Shown: positions 8,572 through 18,933, numbered from the stretch's first letter. The stretch is DNA of 54,408 nucleotides from Candidatus Doudnabacteria bacterium (GCA_023246005.1 JAHFJG010000008.1:1-54408); one strand, 5' to 3'. Notes: generated by a model from the sequence alone, not told the origin. Numbers and translations: made by a program.

Positions 8572-10065
8572 ATGAAAAAAAATACTACAATTCAAACTTC
8601 ATCTAATCCCACAATTTGGCTCGGGCCAATTTTAATTTTAGGCGGCTTGCTTCGTTTCTATAATAATACAGCAGTGGCGCTCTGGCACGACGAAGCTTTT
8701 TCTGCGCTGTATCTGCGGTATCCTTGGGCAGAAATGATGAGGAGAATCGGACTGGATGTTCATCCGCCGTTCTATTACTGGGTTTTGCGGCTTTGGACTT
8801 ATGTATTCGGGCAAGGCCTGCTCTCTCTCCGCTCGCTTTCGATTCTGTTTGGAATTATGACAATCTACGCAGGTTATTTGTTTGTTAAATTAGCGTTTGA
8901 AAATGAAAGATTGGCCATTCTGGCGGCATTCTTTTTGGCCATTAATCCATTCCAGATTCAATATTCACTTGAAGCTCGGATGTACACGCTTGGCACATTT
9001 TTGATTTTACTATCATCTTATTTTTTGATCAAAGCGCTTAGGACAAACAAAAATTTCCATTGGATAATTTACGGAGTCCTAACAGCGGCAAACTTTTATA
9101 CTCATTACTTTTTATTTTTTTCAGTGGTCGCGCAGGGCTTGTATTTCTTCTACTATATCTGGAAAGAAAAAAATCTGATGATCAAAGGCTGGTTCGCGTA
9201 TATTTTAAGCGTCATTCTTTTTCTGCCTTGGATTCCAACTTTGTTGATTCAAATCAAACGAGTTGAAAAACAATATTGGATTCCGGCTCCTGACCGTTGG
9301 TCAATTCCAGGAACCATTTGGAAAATGGCATTTGGCGGACAGGGCAACGATCATATTACGCTGATAATTACTACGATCATCGCGTTAGTTTTGTTGATTT
9401 ACTTTTTTCGGGAAACTAAGCCTCCTGTAAAATGGTTTATTGTCTTAGGAGTAATGGTGCCGTTCATCGCTTCTCTATTATTGTCATTCAAACAAGCCAT
9501 TTATCTGGATCGGTATTTCGTTTTTGCGTCTTTGCATTTTACGATTCTGATTGCGGCAACTTTATTCTTGATCCCAAAGTATACCAATAAGCGAACTTTG
9601 ACAATATTGTTCGCTGCTTTCAGTATTTTTATTTTTTTTAAAAATTGGCACGACTTAGGTTCAATTAAAAACAAGCCGGGCATGGCCGCGGCTTCAAGTT
9701 TTATTAATGACAATGTCAAACCAAAAGATAAAATTTACGTTGGTTCAAGCTTTATCTATTTCACTTTCAAATACTATAACCATACCAATCGTCCGCCGAA
9801 ACTTATATCCTCGATTCCTCTTGACCAGATCCCGCATTTTTCCGGCACAGCGCTTCTAAATCCTGATGATTTGATTTTAACTGATACAATCTTTAACAAT
9901 CCCGAAGTTGCAAAAAATGATACTGTCTGGCTTCTGTGGACAACTGGTTTTGGCGGGAACAAACCAAATGTTCCTGGCATTTGGCAAAAAGTTGCTGAAA
10001 AAAGTTATAGCGACACTTCTGGCTTTAAAGGCGATATCATAGTCACCGAATATCATGTGGATTAG
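8572..10065 (+). CDS. GT-C fold glycosyltransferase (PMT family 39-like)
   Basis: LWHDEAFS, DVHPPFYY, YSLEARMY, YTHYF. Confidence 0.87.
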   Translation: MKKNTTIQTSSNPTIWLGPILILGGLLRFYNNTAVALWHDEAFSALYLRYPWAEMMRRIGLDVHPPFYYWVLRLWTYVFGQGLLSLRSLSILFGIMTIYAGYLFVKLAFENERLAILAAFFLAINPFQIQYSLEARMYTLGTFLILLSSYFLIKALRTNKNFHWIIYGVLTAANFYTHYFLFFSVVAQGLYFFYYIWKEKNLMIKGWFAYILSVILFLPWIPTLLIQIKRVEKQYWIPAPDRWSIPGTIWKMAFGGQGNDHITLIITTIIALVLLIYFFRETKPPVKWFIVLGVMVPFIASLLLSFKQAIYLDRYFVFASLHFTILIAATLFLIPKYTNKRTLTILFAAFSIFIFFKNWHDLGSIKNKPGMAAASSFINDNVKPKDKIYVGSSFIYFTFKYYNHTNRPPKLISSIPLDQIPHFSGTALLNPDDLILTDTIFNNPEVAKNDTVWLLWTTGFGGNKPNVPGIWQKVAEKSYSDTSGFKGDIIVTEYHVD

Positions 10066-10075
10066 TTGAGAAACA

Positions 10076-10099
10076 AAAATCTGCCGAGGCGGGTTTTTT
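10076..10099. terminator. bidirectional terminator between convergent genes
   Basis: AAAAATCTGC-cgag-GCGGGTTTTT. Confidence 0.6.
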
Positions 10100-10562
10100 A
10101 TTTGTCCAAATATGACTTCAGTTTATCCGCATAGGGCTTTTTTTCTTCCATAGTTGGCCAGTAAGTATCTTTATAGTTCAAATATAAATTGTCTCCGCCA
10201 AATCTCGGAAAAATGTGCAAATGATAATGCCAGACATCCTGATTACCAGCAGGCTCATTATGTTGCCTTGTCGAAATCCCGTCGCATTTATAAGTTTCCT
10301 TTAGGGCCACTGCAACTTTTTTGGAAAAGTCAAAAATCTTATGTCCCAAATCTTTCGGCATATCGTAGATATTTTCAATGTGCTGGTTCGGTATGATAAT
10401 TACATGTCCTGGATTTGATCTCCACCATTTACCAGCAACAAAAACCGTGATGAAGTCATGTCGAAAAATGATGCTTTCTTCCTGATTGCCGTGTTGTGTA
10501 TCTTCACCTTTCGCGATTTGGCATAAAGGGCAGATATAATTTTCTGGTTCGTGATTATACAT
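10098..10562 (-). CDS. HIT family hydrolase
   Basis: CPLC N-terminus, GHVIIIP, HYHLHIFPR histidine triad. Confidence 0.92.
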   Translation of the reverse strand: MYNHEPENYICPLCQIAKGEDTQHGNQEESIIFRHDFITVFVAGKWWRSNPGHVIIIPNQHIENIYDMPKDLGHKIFDFSKKVAVALKETYKCDGISTRQHNEPAGNQDVWHYHLHIFPRFGGDNLYLNYKDTYWPTMEEKKPYADKLKSYLDK

Positions 10563-10565
10563 AGG

Positions 10566-11213
10566 TTATCCGATCACTGTTCCTTTGTACGGCTTACCAC
10601 TCAAAAAGTTTTTGAGGTTTGTCAGCGATTTGCCGTTCATTAGAACTACTTGCAGCTTAAGTTTCTCCGCCAATTTCGAAGCAACCGGATCAAACGGCAA
10701 GTTCAAGCCCGGATCCCATTTCTTGCCTATGATTTTACGGAAATCTTGCCAAGAAATTATCTTCAGAGGTTTGGCATCTTTATGTTTTTTTGGATTCTTG
10801 TCATAAACATAATCAATGTTGGTCAAATTAACGATATAGTCAGCTTTATACCTTTTGGCAAAAATCACAGCATCATAATCTGAAGAGCGTCCCGGCCTTG
10901 CCTCGATCATATCCATAACCTTGACCTTTTTAATTTTCTTAAAAATACTCGCTAGTAGCAAGCTATTCAATCGAATCGAATAGATTCCCAGCCAATCCAG
11001 ATTATTTCGATCCAAATCGCCTAATGCCCTGGCGGCATTGGCATATTTTCTCGCAGTCCGGCCGCCTCCAGGCGCTATGACAAAAAATTTGCCGCGTTTT
11101 CCCTCATCTGATAAAAGTTTTTTTAATTGACGCAAAAAATTCACGTCAACCTCATGAGGCACAATTAACGATCCCCCCAAGGAAATAATATATCTCTTAT
11201 TTTTGATTGACAT
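10566..11213 (-). CDS. pyrH: UMP kinase (archaeal type)
   Basis: ISLGGSLI, GGGRTARKY, LTNIDYVYDKNP, PFDPVASKLA. Confidence 0.88.
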   Translation of the reverse strand: MSIKNKRYIISLGGSLIVPHEVDVNFLRQLKKLLSDEGKRGKFFVIAPGGGRTARKYANAARALGDLDRNNLDWLGIYSIRLNSLLLASIFKKIKKVKVMDMIEARPGRSSDYDAVIFAKRYKADYIVNLTNIDYVYDKNPKKHKDAKPLKIISWQDFRKIIGKKWDPGLNLPFDPVASKLAEKLKLQVVLMNGKSLTNLKNFLSGKPYKGTVIG

Positions 11214-12159
11214 TTGTCGTAGTTCCAGCTGTGTCGCCCTGCGGGACTTGCCCGCAAGGACGGTCTTTAAGACAATAATATGCCCATTTGCTTAAGCGAA
11301 GGTCAATATACGCCAAATTTGGCTGATCTTTGGCCGCAATGACCTTATTTAATAATACTGCCAAGCTATTAAGTTGCGCAACTACCGGGCGCGTAATGTC
11401 AAAAAATACTGACCAGCCTGAAGCTGAAACAAATTCCACGTCCGGGTTTTCTTTGCCTAGGAATTTTACACGCATTATCGGGGTCGTCATTTTGTTTGGC
11501 CATTGCTTGCTCATGGATATGACAAATACGGTAAGCTTGGAATTGGACAAAACTTCGCCAGTAGCAAAATCTTCAGTCATTTCATCTGTCACGACCAAAA
11601 AATTTTTCGGATCAGGAATCTGACTGACAACTGTACCTTCGTCATCTATTAAAAAATATTTATTGTTAGATTGAATGACGAATCCGGGCAAGTGTTCCTG
11701 GACTTCAAACACGATTTTGTTTGGCCAGACACGCTTAACATTCACTGCTGCTTTGATCGTTGGAATAGCTGAAATCATCATTTGATTTAATCGCCCGGGC
11801 GTCAAAAGAAAAAAATCATTCTTTTTTATCAGAAAAAATCTCGATTTGCCAGCTGTAGCAACTACGTTTTTAATTTGCTCAGCGCGGATCTGCTGGTTGC
11901 CAGATACATCTATCTCTGTGACCACGAATTTAGAAGATATGACCAAAAAATATCCAGCAAACAAGACCAAAAACAAAAGAAGCATTTTGAAAATCTTTTT
12001 GCCGTCAACTTTCAAAAACATACTGGCTGTGAATCGGGAATTGATCGGATTAAACGCACGCTTATAGCCAGCCGCGGTCTTAACTTTACTTCGAAATTCT
12101 TGCGATCCAAATCGCCGCTTTGGTTCCAGTTTTTTTCTGTGTGTGGAAAAAATCTTCAT
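11197..12159 (-). CDS. ftsQ: cell division protein FtsQ/DivIB
   Basis: Single TM, POTRA (IDVSGNQQI...KRVWPNKIVFEVQE), C-terminal YIDLR. Confidence 0.8.
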   Translation of the reverse strand: MKIFSTHRKKLEPKRRFGSQEFRSKVKTAAGYKRAFNPINSRFTASMFLKVDGKKIFKMLLLFLVLFAGYFLVISSKFVVTEIDVSGNQQIRAEQIKNVVATAGKSRFFLIKKNDFFLLTPGRLNQMMISAIPTIKAAVNVKRVWPNKIVFEVQEHLPGFVIQSNNKYFLIDDEGTVVSQIPDPKNFLVVTDEMTEDFATGEVLSNSKLTVFVISMSKQWPNKMTTPIMRVKFLGKENPDVEFVSASGWSVFFDITRPVVAQLNSLAVLLNKVIAAKDQPNLAYIDLRLSKWAYYCLKDRPCGQVPQGDTAGTTTNVNQK

Positions 12160-12184
12160 TTATAATTAGTTAAAAGTTCGACAT

Positions 12185-12214
12185 TTATACTTGCATACGG
12201 GACAGTATGCAAGT
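12185..12214. repeat. 30-bp palindromic direct repeat, downstream copy
   Basis: TTATACTTGCATACGGGACAGTATGCAAGT identical to 12742-12771; minus strand reads TTGCAT-N17-TATAAA in front of ftsQ. Confidence 0.92.
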
Positions 12215-12216
12215 AT

Positions 12217-12708
12217 TTAAATAGATAAACTCTTTCTAGCGGTAACCTCTCGCACTCTTCTTCTCAATACCTGATCAGCTTTGCTAAGTCCGCTTTTTAT
12301 CAAATTTTTTACTAAAACAGTTTCACGTAACTTGGGCCAATTTTTGTGCTCCAAATAATCCTGCCGAGAGTTGCGTTTAAGCTGAAAAGATTTCTCTAAG
12401 TCCAGCAATTTTTGATAAGCAATACGCAATCCTTTTCCATCCCTCTCTAAAGTATTGCTAACATTTGAAATTGTTCTCTCTGTCACTTTCAAATTATTCA
12501 TAATTGATTCGTAAGTCTCGCCAGCAAGCAATCTTCTGGCTATTTCAAGTCTCTTTGCGAACATCTTATATTCGGTATGTGTAAATAAATCTTTAAACAG
12601 CAATTTAATTTCCTCTTTAGCATCTATCAAAGTAAAAACAGACCAGAGGTTATTTATATAAAAACCCATTTTTTGAGGATTAATTGGCTTTCGAGATATT
12701 TTTGTCAT
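12217..12708 (-). CDS. TrpR/YerC-YecD family HTH protein
   Basis: DLFTHTEYKMFAKRLEIARRLLAGETYESI...TISNVS. Confidence 0.85.
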   Translation of the reverse strand: MTKISRKPINPQKMGFYINNLWSVFTLIDAKEEIKLLFKDLFTHTEYKMFAKRLEIARRLLAGETYESIMNNLKVTERTISNVSNTLERDGKGLRIAYQKLLDLEKSFQLKRNSRQDYLEHKNWPKLRETVLVKNLIKSGLSKADQVLRRRVREVTARKSLSI

Positions 12709-12741
12709 GATTCAACGTTCTTAAATTGCTAATTAAAATTA

Positions 12742-12771
12742 TTATACTTGCATACGGGACAGTATGCAAGT
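12742..12771. promoter_or_regulatory. 30-bp palindromic direct repeat, upstream copy (promoter/operator)
   Basis: Minus strand TTGCAT-N17-TATAAT with the palindrome spanning -35 to -10. Confidence 0.85.
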
Positions 12772-12783
12772 GCTTTATTAATT

Positions 12784-13431
12784 CTATTTACTTCCATATA
12801 TAGCATGGTTTGCTCCCGTTACAAACGCCCAATAACGATCACCATAAGACCAGTGCCACCACTCATAAGGATAATTGACAAAACCGACTCTTTTCATGGC
12901 TTTAATCAAAATTTGACGGTTCTTTTTTGCTTGAGTAGAAATATTTTTCGCAAATGTTAAACTCGAGCTGGAACTGTCATTAACTTTTTGGCCCATGTTT
13001 AATTCCTTACCCTCTCTAGTCATCAAAGTTAAATCTATTGCCCCGCCTGTTGAATGAGGCGGAATGTCATACGGCAATGCCACCCATTCAGCCGCTTTGT
13101 CTACATAAAATTTTTCAGATTTTTTGGGGTATTTCTTCCTTAAATAATCGATATGCTGATTGTAAATAATTTTTTGAATTGAAATCGGGCGATATGCTTC
13201 TTTGATTTTCAAAACTATTCCTTTTGGCAAAGCTTTTTGCGCGATGGTCAATCTATCCGCTACTTCCTTTCTAAGTATGCACTTGGGCTCTGCAAATTTA
13301 TAGACATTTCTTCGGGTTGTATCATAAAACAAGTTGGGATACTTTTTTGATACATCCACGAAAGGCTCGTGATTATCTTTAACAGGTCTAACAGAAACTT
13401 TCGGATCGTTCAATTTAAATATTTTAGCCAT
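12784..13431 (-). CDS. D-alanyl-D-alanine dipeptidase (M15, VanX/DdpX family)
   Basis: EAYRP, PPHSTGGAIDLTL, EWWHWSYGD. Confidence 0.9.
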   Translation of the reverse strand: MAKIFKLNDPKVSVRPVKDNHEPFVDVSKKYPNLFYDTTRRNVYKFAEPKCILRKEVADRLTIAQKALPKGIVLKIKEAYRPISIQKIIYNQHIDYLRKKYPKKSEKFYVDKAAEWVALPYDIPPHSTGGAIDLTLMTREGKELNMGQKVNDSSSSSLTFAKNISTQAKKNRQILIKAMKRVGFVNYPYEWWHWSYGDRYWAFVTGANHAIYGSK

Positions 13432-13432
13432 A

Positions 13433-14389
13433 CTACTCTTTTTCCAAAGCTAACTGAATTAATTTGTCCAAAAATTGAGAATACGACATTCCTGCGACTG
13501 CGGCTGACTGTGGGACCAAAGAAGTTTCTGTTAAACCCGGGATCGTATTAATTTCCAAAAAATATATCTGACCTTTGTTTGTAACGATGAAATCCGAACG
13601 GCTGACTCCGCGACAACCTAGCAAATCATGAATTTTGACCGCGATCTCTTGCAATTTTTTTGCCAAAGAGTTTGAAATACGAGCTGGTACAATTTCGTCT
13701 CTATATTCAGTATAGTATTTGGCCTTGAAATCAAAAAACTCGGATCCATTTTTAGGCACAATTTCAATCACTGGCAAAGCCTGTAATTTTTTATTGCCCA
13801 GAACAGGAACCGTAAATTCCTTGCCAGAAACATAATCTTCAATCATTACTTCATCATCATGCTTAAAAGCAAGCTCGACCCCCTTTTTGATTGCTTGTTT
13901 ATCAGATGTAATCGTAACACCGAAAGATGAGCCGATCCGGTTGGGCTTGATCACAACTTTGCCGCGAATTTCAGCAAGATATTTTTTTGAAATTTTGTTG
14001 TATTCATTCTTTTTGATCAGTAAATGCGGCGCGACCAAAAGGCCTTCAGATGAGACCAATCGCTTGGTCTTGGCTTTGTCCATAGCCAAAGCCGAGGCCA
14101 GCATGCCAGAAAAAGTATACGGAATTTTCAAAAGATCAAGCATGCCCTGAACTGTCCCGTCTTCCCCGCCAGGGCCATGCAAGGCCAGAAATGCAACATC
14201 GGATTTTAAAAGTTTTTTTATGTTTTTTGCAATCCACGATGATTCTTTTGTAACCTCAATTTTTTCAGTTATATATTTTTTCTTATCCAGATATTGAGCT
14301 ACATTTTTTCCTGAAATCAAAGACACTTCGCGCTCTTGCGAAGTCCCGCCAAAAATCAAAGCGACCCTAAGTTTTTTCTTTTTTGCCAT
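13433..14389 (-). CDS. ddl: D-alanine--D-alanine ligase
   Basis: GGTSQEREVS, LHGPGGEDG, GSSFG, RSDF, LEINTIPG. Confidence 0.96.
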   Translation of the reverse strand: MAKKKKLRVALIFGGTSQEREVSLISGKNVAQYLDKKKYITEKIEVTKESSWIAKNIKKLLKSDVAFLALHGPGGEDGTVQGMLDLLKIPYTFSGMLASALAMDKAKTKRLVSSEGLLVAPHLLIKKNEYNKISKKYLAEIRGKVVIKPNRIGSSFGVTITSDKQAIKKGVELAFKHDDEVMIEDYVSGKEFTVPVLGNKKLQALPVIEIVPKNGSEFFDFKAKYYTEYRDEIVPARISNSLAKKLQEIAVKIHDLLGCRGVSRSDFIVTNKGQIYFLEINTIPGLTETSLVPQSAAVAGMSYSQFLDKLIQLALEKE

Positions 14390-15495
14390 TAGCGCAACAC
14401 TCTTTCGACCAAAGAATTAATTCTTGCCACAACTTCATAATTAATCGTGCCTATTTTTTTCGCTAACTCATCAGCCGTAATTTCTTCTTTTCCCTGCCGA
14501 CCAATCAAGATTGCCTCGTCCCCGACTTTGACTTTTTTCACATCCGTGACATCAACCATAATCAAATTCATGCACACACGACCCAAAAGCTTGCATCTCT
14601 TGCCGGCAATTAAAACTTCCCCGGAATTTGAAAGTTTGCGATCATAGCCATCAAAGTAGCCAACTGGCAAAACTGCCAGCTTTGTTTCCCGCTTTGTTTG
14701 ATATGTCATACCATAGCCAACATAACTGCCCTTGGAAAAACTTTTAATCTGAATGATCCGAGTATGCCAGCTTAATACCGGTTTAAGCTCGAACTTGGCC
14801 CTTTTCTTAGCTTCTAAAGATGGCCAAAGTCCATACAAACCAATGCCCAGCCTGACCAAATCATGCTGGCTATTTGGCACGACAATTCCTGCGGCTGTAC
14901 AGGCAATGTGCTTGATTGGATGCACGCCACGCCATTCCAATTCTTCAATCGCACTATTAAACAAATGGTTTTGTTTTTTCGTAAACTCAATGTCTTCCTC
15001 TGATGCGGCGAAGTGGCTAAACACGCCTTGGATTTTTAGATTCGGCAAATTTAAAATTTTGTGGATAAATAATGCAACTTGGACAGGATTTATACCCAGC
15101 CGCGAAGTACCAGTATCGACTTTCAAATGAATATTGGCTATAGTCTTTAATTTCTTGGCAGCTTTTGAAATCGATTGCGTTTGCTTTAAATCATAAACAA
15201 CCAAAGAAATATTTTGCTTAATCGCCTCTGAAACAGAATTCAAATCGTAATAACTCAAAACCAAAATCGGTTTTTTTATCCCCAACTTTCGCAGATGCAA
15301 AGCTTCATCTAAGTTCACAGTCGCAAACCAATCCACCGAATCTTTGATCGCTTCTGAAACCAAATCAACGCCATGACCATATGCGTTGGATTTAACCACG
15401 GCCATAATTTGGGTTCTTCCCACAATTTTTCGAAACTGTTTTAAATTATGCAGCAAATTTACTTTGCTGATTGAAACTTCGGAGAAAGATTTCAT
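14389..15495 (-). CDS. alr: alanine racemase
   Basis: AVVKSNAYGHG, HLKVDTGTSRLG, GRVCMN. Confidence 0.96.
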   Translation of the reverse strand: MKSFSEVSISKVNLLHNLKQFRKIVGRTQIMAVVKSNAYGHGVDLVSEAIKDSVDWFATVNLDEALHLRKLGIKKPILVLSYYDLNSVSEAIKQNISLVVYDLKQTQSISKAAKKLKTIANIHLKVDTGTSRLGINPVQVALFIHKILNLPNLKIQGVFSHFAASEEDIEFTKKQNHLFNSAIEELEWRGVHPIKHIACTAAGIVVPNSQHDLVRLGIGLYGLWPSLEAKKRAKFELKPVLSWHTRIIQIKSFSKGSYVGYGMTYQTKRETKLAVLPVGYFDGYDRKLSNSGEVLIAGKRCKLLGRVCMNLIMVDVTDVKKVKVGDEAILIGRQGKEEITADELAKKIGTINYEVVARINSLVERVLR

Positions 15496-16802
15496 TCGTT
15501 CTTGCGGATTATATCAAACCCGGTGTATGGCACCAAAACTTTCGGGACAATAATCGATCCATCGGCTTGCTGATTGTTTTCCATGATGGCAATCGGGATT
15601 CGGGACATGGCTATTGCTGTGGCGTCATTAGTATGAACAAATTCGGTCGAGCCGTCAGCCTTTCGATATTTGATATTCAATCTTCTGGCTTGATAGTCTG
15701 TCATATAATCAGCGCTGTGGGTCTCGCGATATTTATTCTGTCCAGGCAGCCAAGTCTCAATGTCCACCTGTCTGGCATTCGGCTTGCCCATATCGCCAGT
15801 GCAATTAATCACGACTTGATAAGGCAATTCTAATTGAGCAACCAAATATTCCTGAATCGCAATCAAAAATTTATGTTCGTCAAGGGAATTTTCAGCGGTC
15901 ATAAAAGATTCCATTTCAAGTTTGTCAAATTGATGAACTCTTAACATGCCTTTCGTGTCTTTGCCGTATGATCCGGCTTCTCGGCGGAAACACGTGGAAA
16001 AACCAAGATAGCGCAAAGGCAAATCTTTCTCATTCAAAATTTCATCCATGTGCATAGCTACCAATGTGTGTTCCGCGCTCCCGATCAAAAACAACTCATC
16101 CTTAGCCATTTTATATTTATCATCCTCGTCTTCCGGACTTAACCGACCGGTGCGCGTATAAACATCCGGCTTAATCATAACTGGCGGCAGTACGGGTATA
16201 AATCGTTTATCAGAAACTTTTAAATCCGCATCTTGCGCAATTTTGGCCAGAGTTTCTTTCGAAGTTAAAATTTTGTTGACAAACTGGACTATGGCAAATT
16301 CCAGTATCGCGGCTGCGCCTTTCTTGTAACCGAATCTAGCGCCTGAAACTTTGGCTGCACGCTCCATGTCAATGATCCCCAAATCTTCGCCCAGCGCCAA
16401 ATGATCTTTGACTTCAAAATCAAACTTCGGCAACTTGCCAATTTGCTTGATGACCTTATTTTCTGTTTCATCAGCGCCGATCGGCACATCATCAGTCGGC
16501 ACATTCGGCACTTGCTGCAGCGCTAGCGTCCATTGCGATTCAATTTCAGATAATTCCAACTCTAATTTCGCCAAATGTTCTTTTAACTTCTTGCTTTCTT
16601 CGATCAAATCATCGTCTTTTTCCTGTTGAATTTTTCCGCTAATTTCATTGCGTCGAGAGCGAATAGCTTCGCTTTCAATAATCAATTTTCGGCGCTGATC
16701 ATCCAAACCGATAACCTGGTCCAAATTTGCATTGGATTGTTTGTCCTTAATTGCTTTACGGACCTTTTCTTGATTGTCCCGAATGTATTTTATGTCTAAC
16801 AT
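15492..16802 (-). CDS. serS: serine--tRNA ligase
   Basis: MLDIKYIR, CFRREAGSYGKDTKG..RVHQFDKLE. Confidence 0.97.
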   Translation of the reverse strand: MLDIKYIRDNQEKVRKAIKDKQSNANLDQVIGLDDQRRKLIIESEAIRSRRNEISGKIQQEKDDDLIEESKKLKEHLAKLELELSEIESQWTLALQQVPNVPTDDVPIGADETENKVIKQIGKLPKFDFEVKDHLALGEDLGIIDMERAAKVSGARFGYKKGAAAILEFAIVQFVNKILTSKETLAKIAQDADLKVSDKRFIPVLPPVMIKPDVYTRTGRLSPEDEDDKYKMAKDELFLIGSAEHTLVAMHMDEILNEKDLPLRYLGFSTCFRREAGSYGKDTKGMLRVHQFDKLEMESFMTAENSLDEHKFLIAIQEYLVAQLELPYQVVINCTGDMGKPNARQVDIETWLPGQNKYRETHSADYMTDYQARRLNIKYRKADGSTEFVHTNDATAIAMSRIPIAIMENNQQADGSIIVPKVLVPYTGFDIIRKNE

Positions 16803-16803
16803 A

Positions 16804-17400
16804 TTATTTACTTATTTCAATTAAAATATCTTTAATTTTATCTAACGCGGCTTTGCGATGATCTAAAATATCGTGCTCTTCGTCTGTGATCTCGCACCAA
16901 TATTTATGATAGTTCGGCAGATACATTACGGTACGATATGGAAATCCAGGCATTAATTTTTCCGACGGCTTTTCTGCAATCACTCCAACAATATCCCCAT
17001 GAGAAGTAAAAACCCCAAATGGCGAGTCAACCGCAAGCACAACCGTAAATTTACAAGCTCGTTTATCTTTCGGCACATCTTTCATCCGCTTCATCACCTC
17101 TGCCACGATCTCATCATCTTTCATTTCGTGTCCGAGCCATCGATGGCTTTTCACGCCCGGCTCGCCGTTCAAAACATCAATTTCCATCCCGCCATCATCA
17201 ACCAAACTTGGAATTCCGGATTTTTCAAAATAATATTTCGCTTTATTTATGGCTTCTTCTTCAAATGTCGCGCCAATTTCCTCCGGAGCTGGAATTTTCA
17301 AATCTTTCGCCGTGACAATTTCTAAATCAAAACCTTTCAGCAATTGCTTATAACTTTCAATTTTGGCGTGATTTCCCGTGCCGAGTAATAATTTTTTCAT
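16804..17400 (-). CDS. non-canonical purine NTP pyrophosphatase (RdgB/Ham1)
   Basis: GTGNHAK, DDGGMEIDVLNGEPGVKS, HRKAA. Confidence 0.9.
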   Translation of the reverse strand: MKKLLLGTGNHAKIESYKQLLKGFDLEIVTAKDLKIPAPEEIGATFEEEAINKAKYYFEKSGIPSLVDDGGMEIDVLNGEPGVKSHRWLGHEMKDDEIVAEVMKRMKDVPKDKRACKFTVVLAVDSPFGVFTSHGDIVGVIAEKPSEKLMPGFPYRTVMYLPNYHKYWCEITDEEHDILDHRKAALDKIKDILIEISK

Positions 17401-18860
17401 TATTCCTCTTTCATGGGCGGGAAAATCACGGTTTCGCGAATGCTTTTGTCCATGATCACGGAAAACAAGCGCTCTGAAAGGCCAAATCCTGCGGCTGGCG
17501 GCATGCCATATTCCAGAGCTTCGACAAAATCTTCATCGAGCATTTGTGCTTCTTTATCACCCATTTCTCGCAGCTTGGCTTGGGCTTCAAACCGTTGTTT
17601 CTGATCAATCGGATCATTCAATTCAGAAAATCCTTTTCCCAGTTCAGTTCCAACGGCCAGAATCTGCATGCGCTGAACTTCCCTGGAATTTTTTGGATCT
17701 TTCTTGGCCAGCGGCTCAATCTCGACAGGCGGGTTGATGAGAAATACAGGCTTTATCAAACTTGGTCGAACTTTTTTCTTGTAAATCAAATCAATAATTC
17801 GCCCGCGTCCTTGATTATCCTCAAATTTGATGTGTTCAGACTTGGCATATTTTTTCAATTGCTCATCAGTGACTGTATTTAAATCCAAATCAGTTTTTTC
17901 TTTAAAAATGTCGAAATAGCGAATCTTCGGCCAATCGCCTGACCAGTCAATTTCTTTTCCATCGTAAGTTGTCTTCAGACTGCCAGTGACACTCTGGATA
18001 ATTTGATGATAAAGTTCCTGGCACATCTGCATTAATTGATCATAATCAGCATAAGCCCAATAAAATTCCATTTGCATATAGTCTTGCAGATGTTCGGTTG
18101 AAATTCCTTCATTGCGAAAGATACGCCCAATCTCAAAGACTTTTTCAAACCCGCCAACCAAAAGTTTTTTCAGCGGCAGCTCAAGCGAAATTCGCAAATA
18201 ATAATCGCGATCCAACGCGTTGTGATGCGTAATGAAAGGTTCAGCTTCAGCCCCACCCGGCACTTGTTCCAGCACATTCATCTCCACTTCCATAAAGTCT
18301 TTCGACTCCAGAAAACTGCGTATAGTCTTCCAGAAAATCGCTTTCTTCTTGAAAAGTTCCCGAGTTTCTTTATTGGCAATCAAATCCAAATACCGTTTGC
18401 GCAGTTTGACTTCCAGATCTTTCAGACCAAAAAAATTCTGCGGAATGGGACGAAGTGATTTAGCTAATAGCTTATAGCTTATAGCTTCTAAAGTTTTTTC
18501 ATTGGTCTTTGATAAAGCTAAACTTCCGGTGATTTCCAAAAAATCACCCATATCAAACAGATTGCTGAACTGTTCGAATAATTTTTCGCCTAACTCATCT
18601 TTGCGAAAAAGAAACTGGATAGTGCCAGTGCTGTCCTCCAAATTGCCAAAAGTTAATTTGCCATGCGTTCGAATTGACCTGATCCGGCCAGCTAATGTTA
18701 TCTGTTTTCTGTTATCTGATAACTGTTCAAACTGTTTTAAAGCTTGACCAATCGTATGCGTTCGCCCGGCATGCACAGGATACGGATCAATTCCATCTTT
18801 TTTCATCTGTGCTAACTTTTGTATCCTGACTTTTCTAAGTTCTTCTATCTTTTCACTCAT
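17400..18860 (-). CDS. lysS: lysine--tRNA ligase (class II)
   Basis: RKRYLDL, GRIFRNEG, ALEYGMPPAAGFG. Confidence 0.97.
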   Translation of the reverse strand: MSEKIEELRKVRIQKLAQMKKDGIDPYPVHAGRTHTIGQALKQFEQLSDNRKQITLAGRIRSIRTHGKLTFGNLEDSTGTIQFLFRKDELGEKLFEQFSNLFDMGDFLEITGSLALSKTNEKTLEAISYKLLAKSLRPIPQNFFGLKDLEVKLRKRYLDLIANKETRELFKKKAIFWKTIRSFLESKDFMEVEMNVLEQVPGGAEAEPFITHHNALDRDYYLRISLELPLKKLLVGGFEKVFEIGRIFRNEGISTEHLQDYMQMEFYWAYADYDQLMQMCQELYHQIIQSVTGSLKTTYDGKEIDWSGDWPKIRYFDIFKEKTDLDLNTVTDEQLKKYAKSEHIKFEDNQGRGRIIDLIYKKKVRPSLIKPVFLINPPVEIEPLAKKDPKNSREVQRMQILAVGTELGKGFSELNDPIDQKQRFEAQAKLREMGDKEAQMLDEDFVEALEYGMPPAAGFGLSERLFSVIMDKSIRETVIFPPMKEE

Positions 18861-18883
18861 TTTTTATGCTTAATTGCCACCAA

Positions 18884-18933
18884 ATTATACCACAAATTGT
18901 ACTATTGACAAAATCTCTAAATCAGTGTAAACT
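18884..18933. promoter_or_regulatory. bidirectional sigma70 promoter lysS / orphan ORF
   Basis: Plus TTGACA-N17-TAAACT; minus TTGTCA-N16-TATAAT; shared TTGACAA. Confidence 0.65.
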
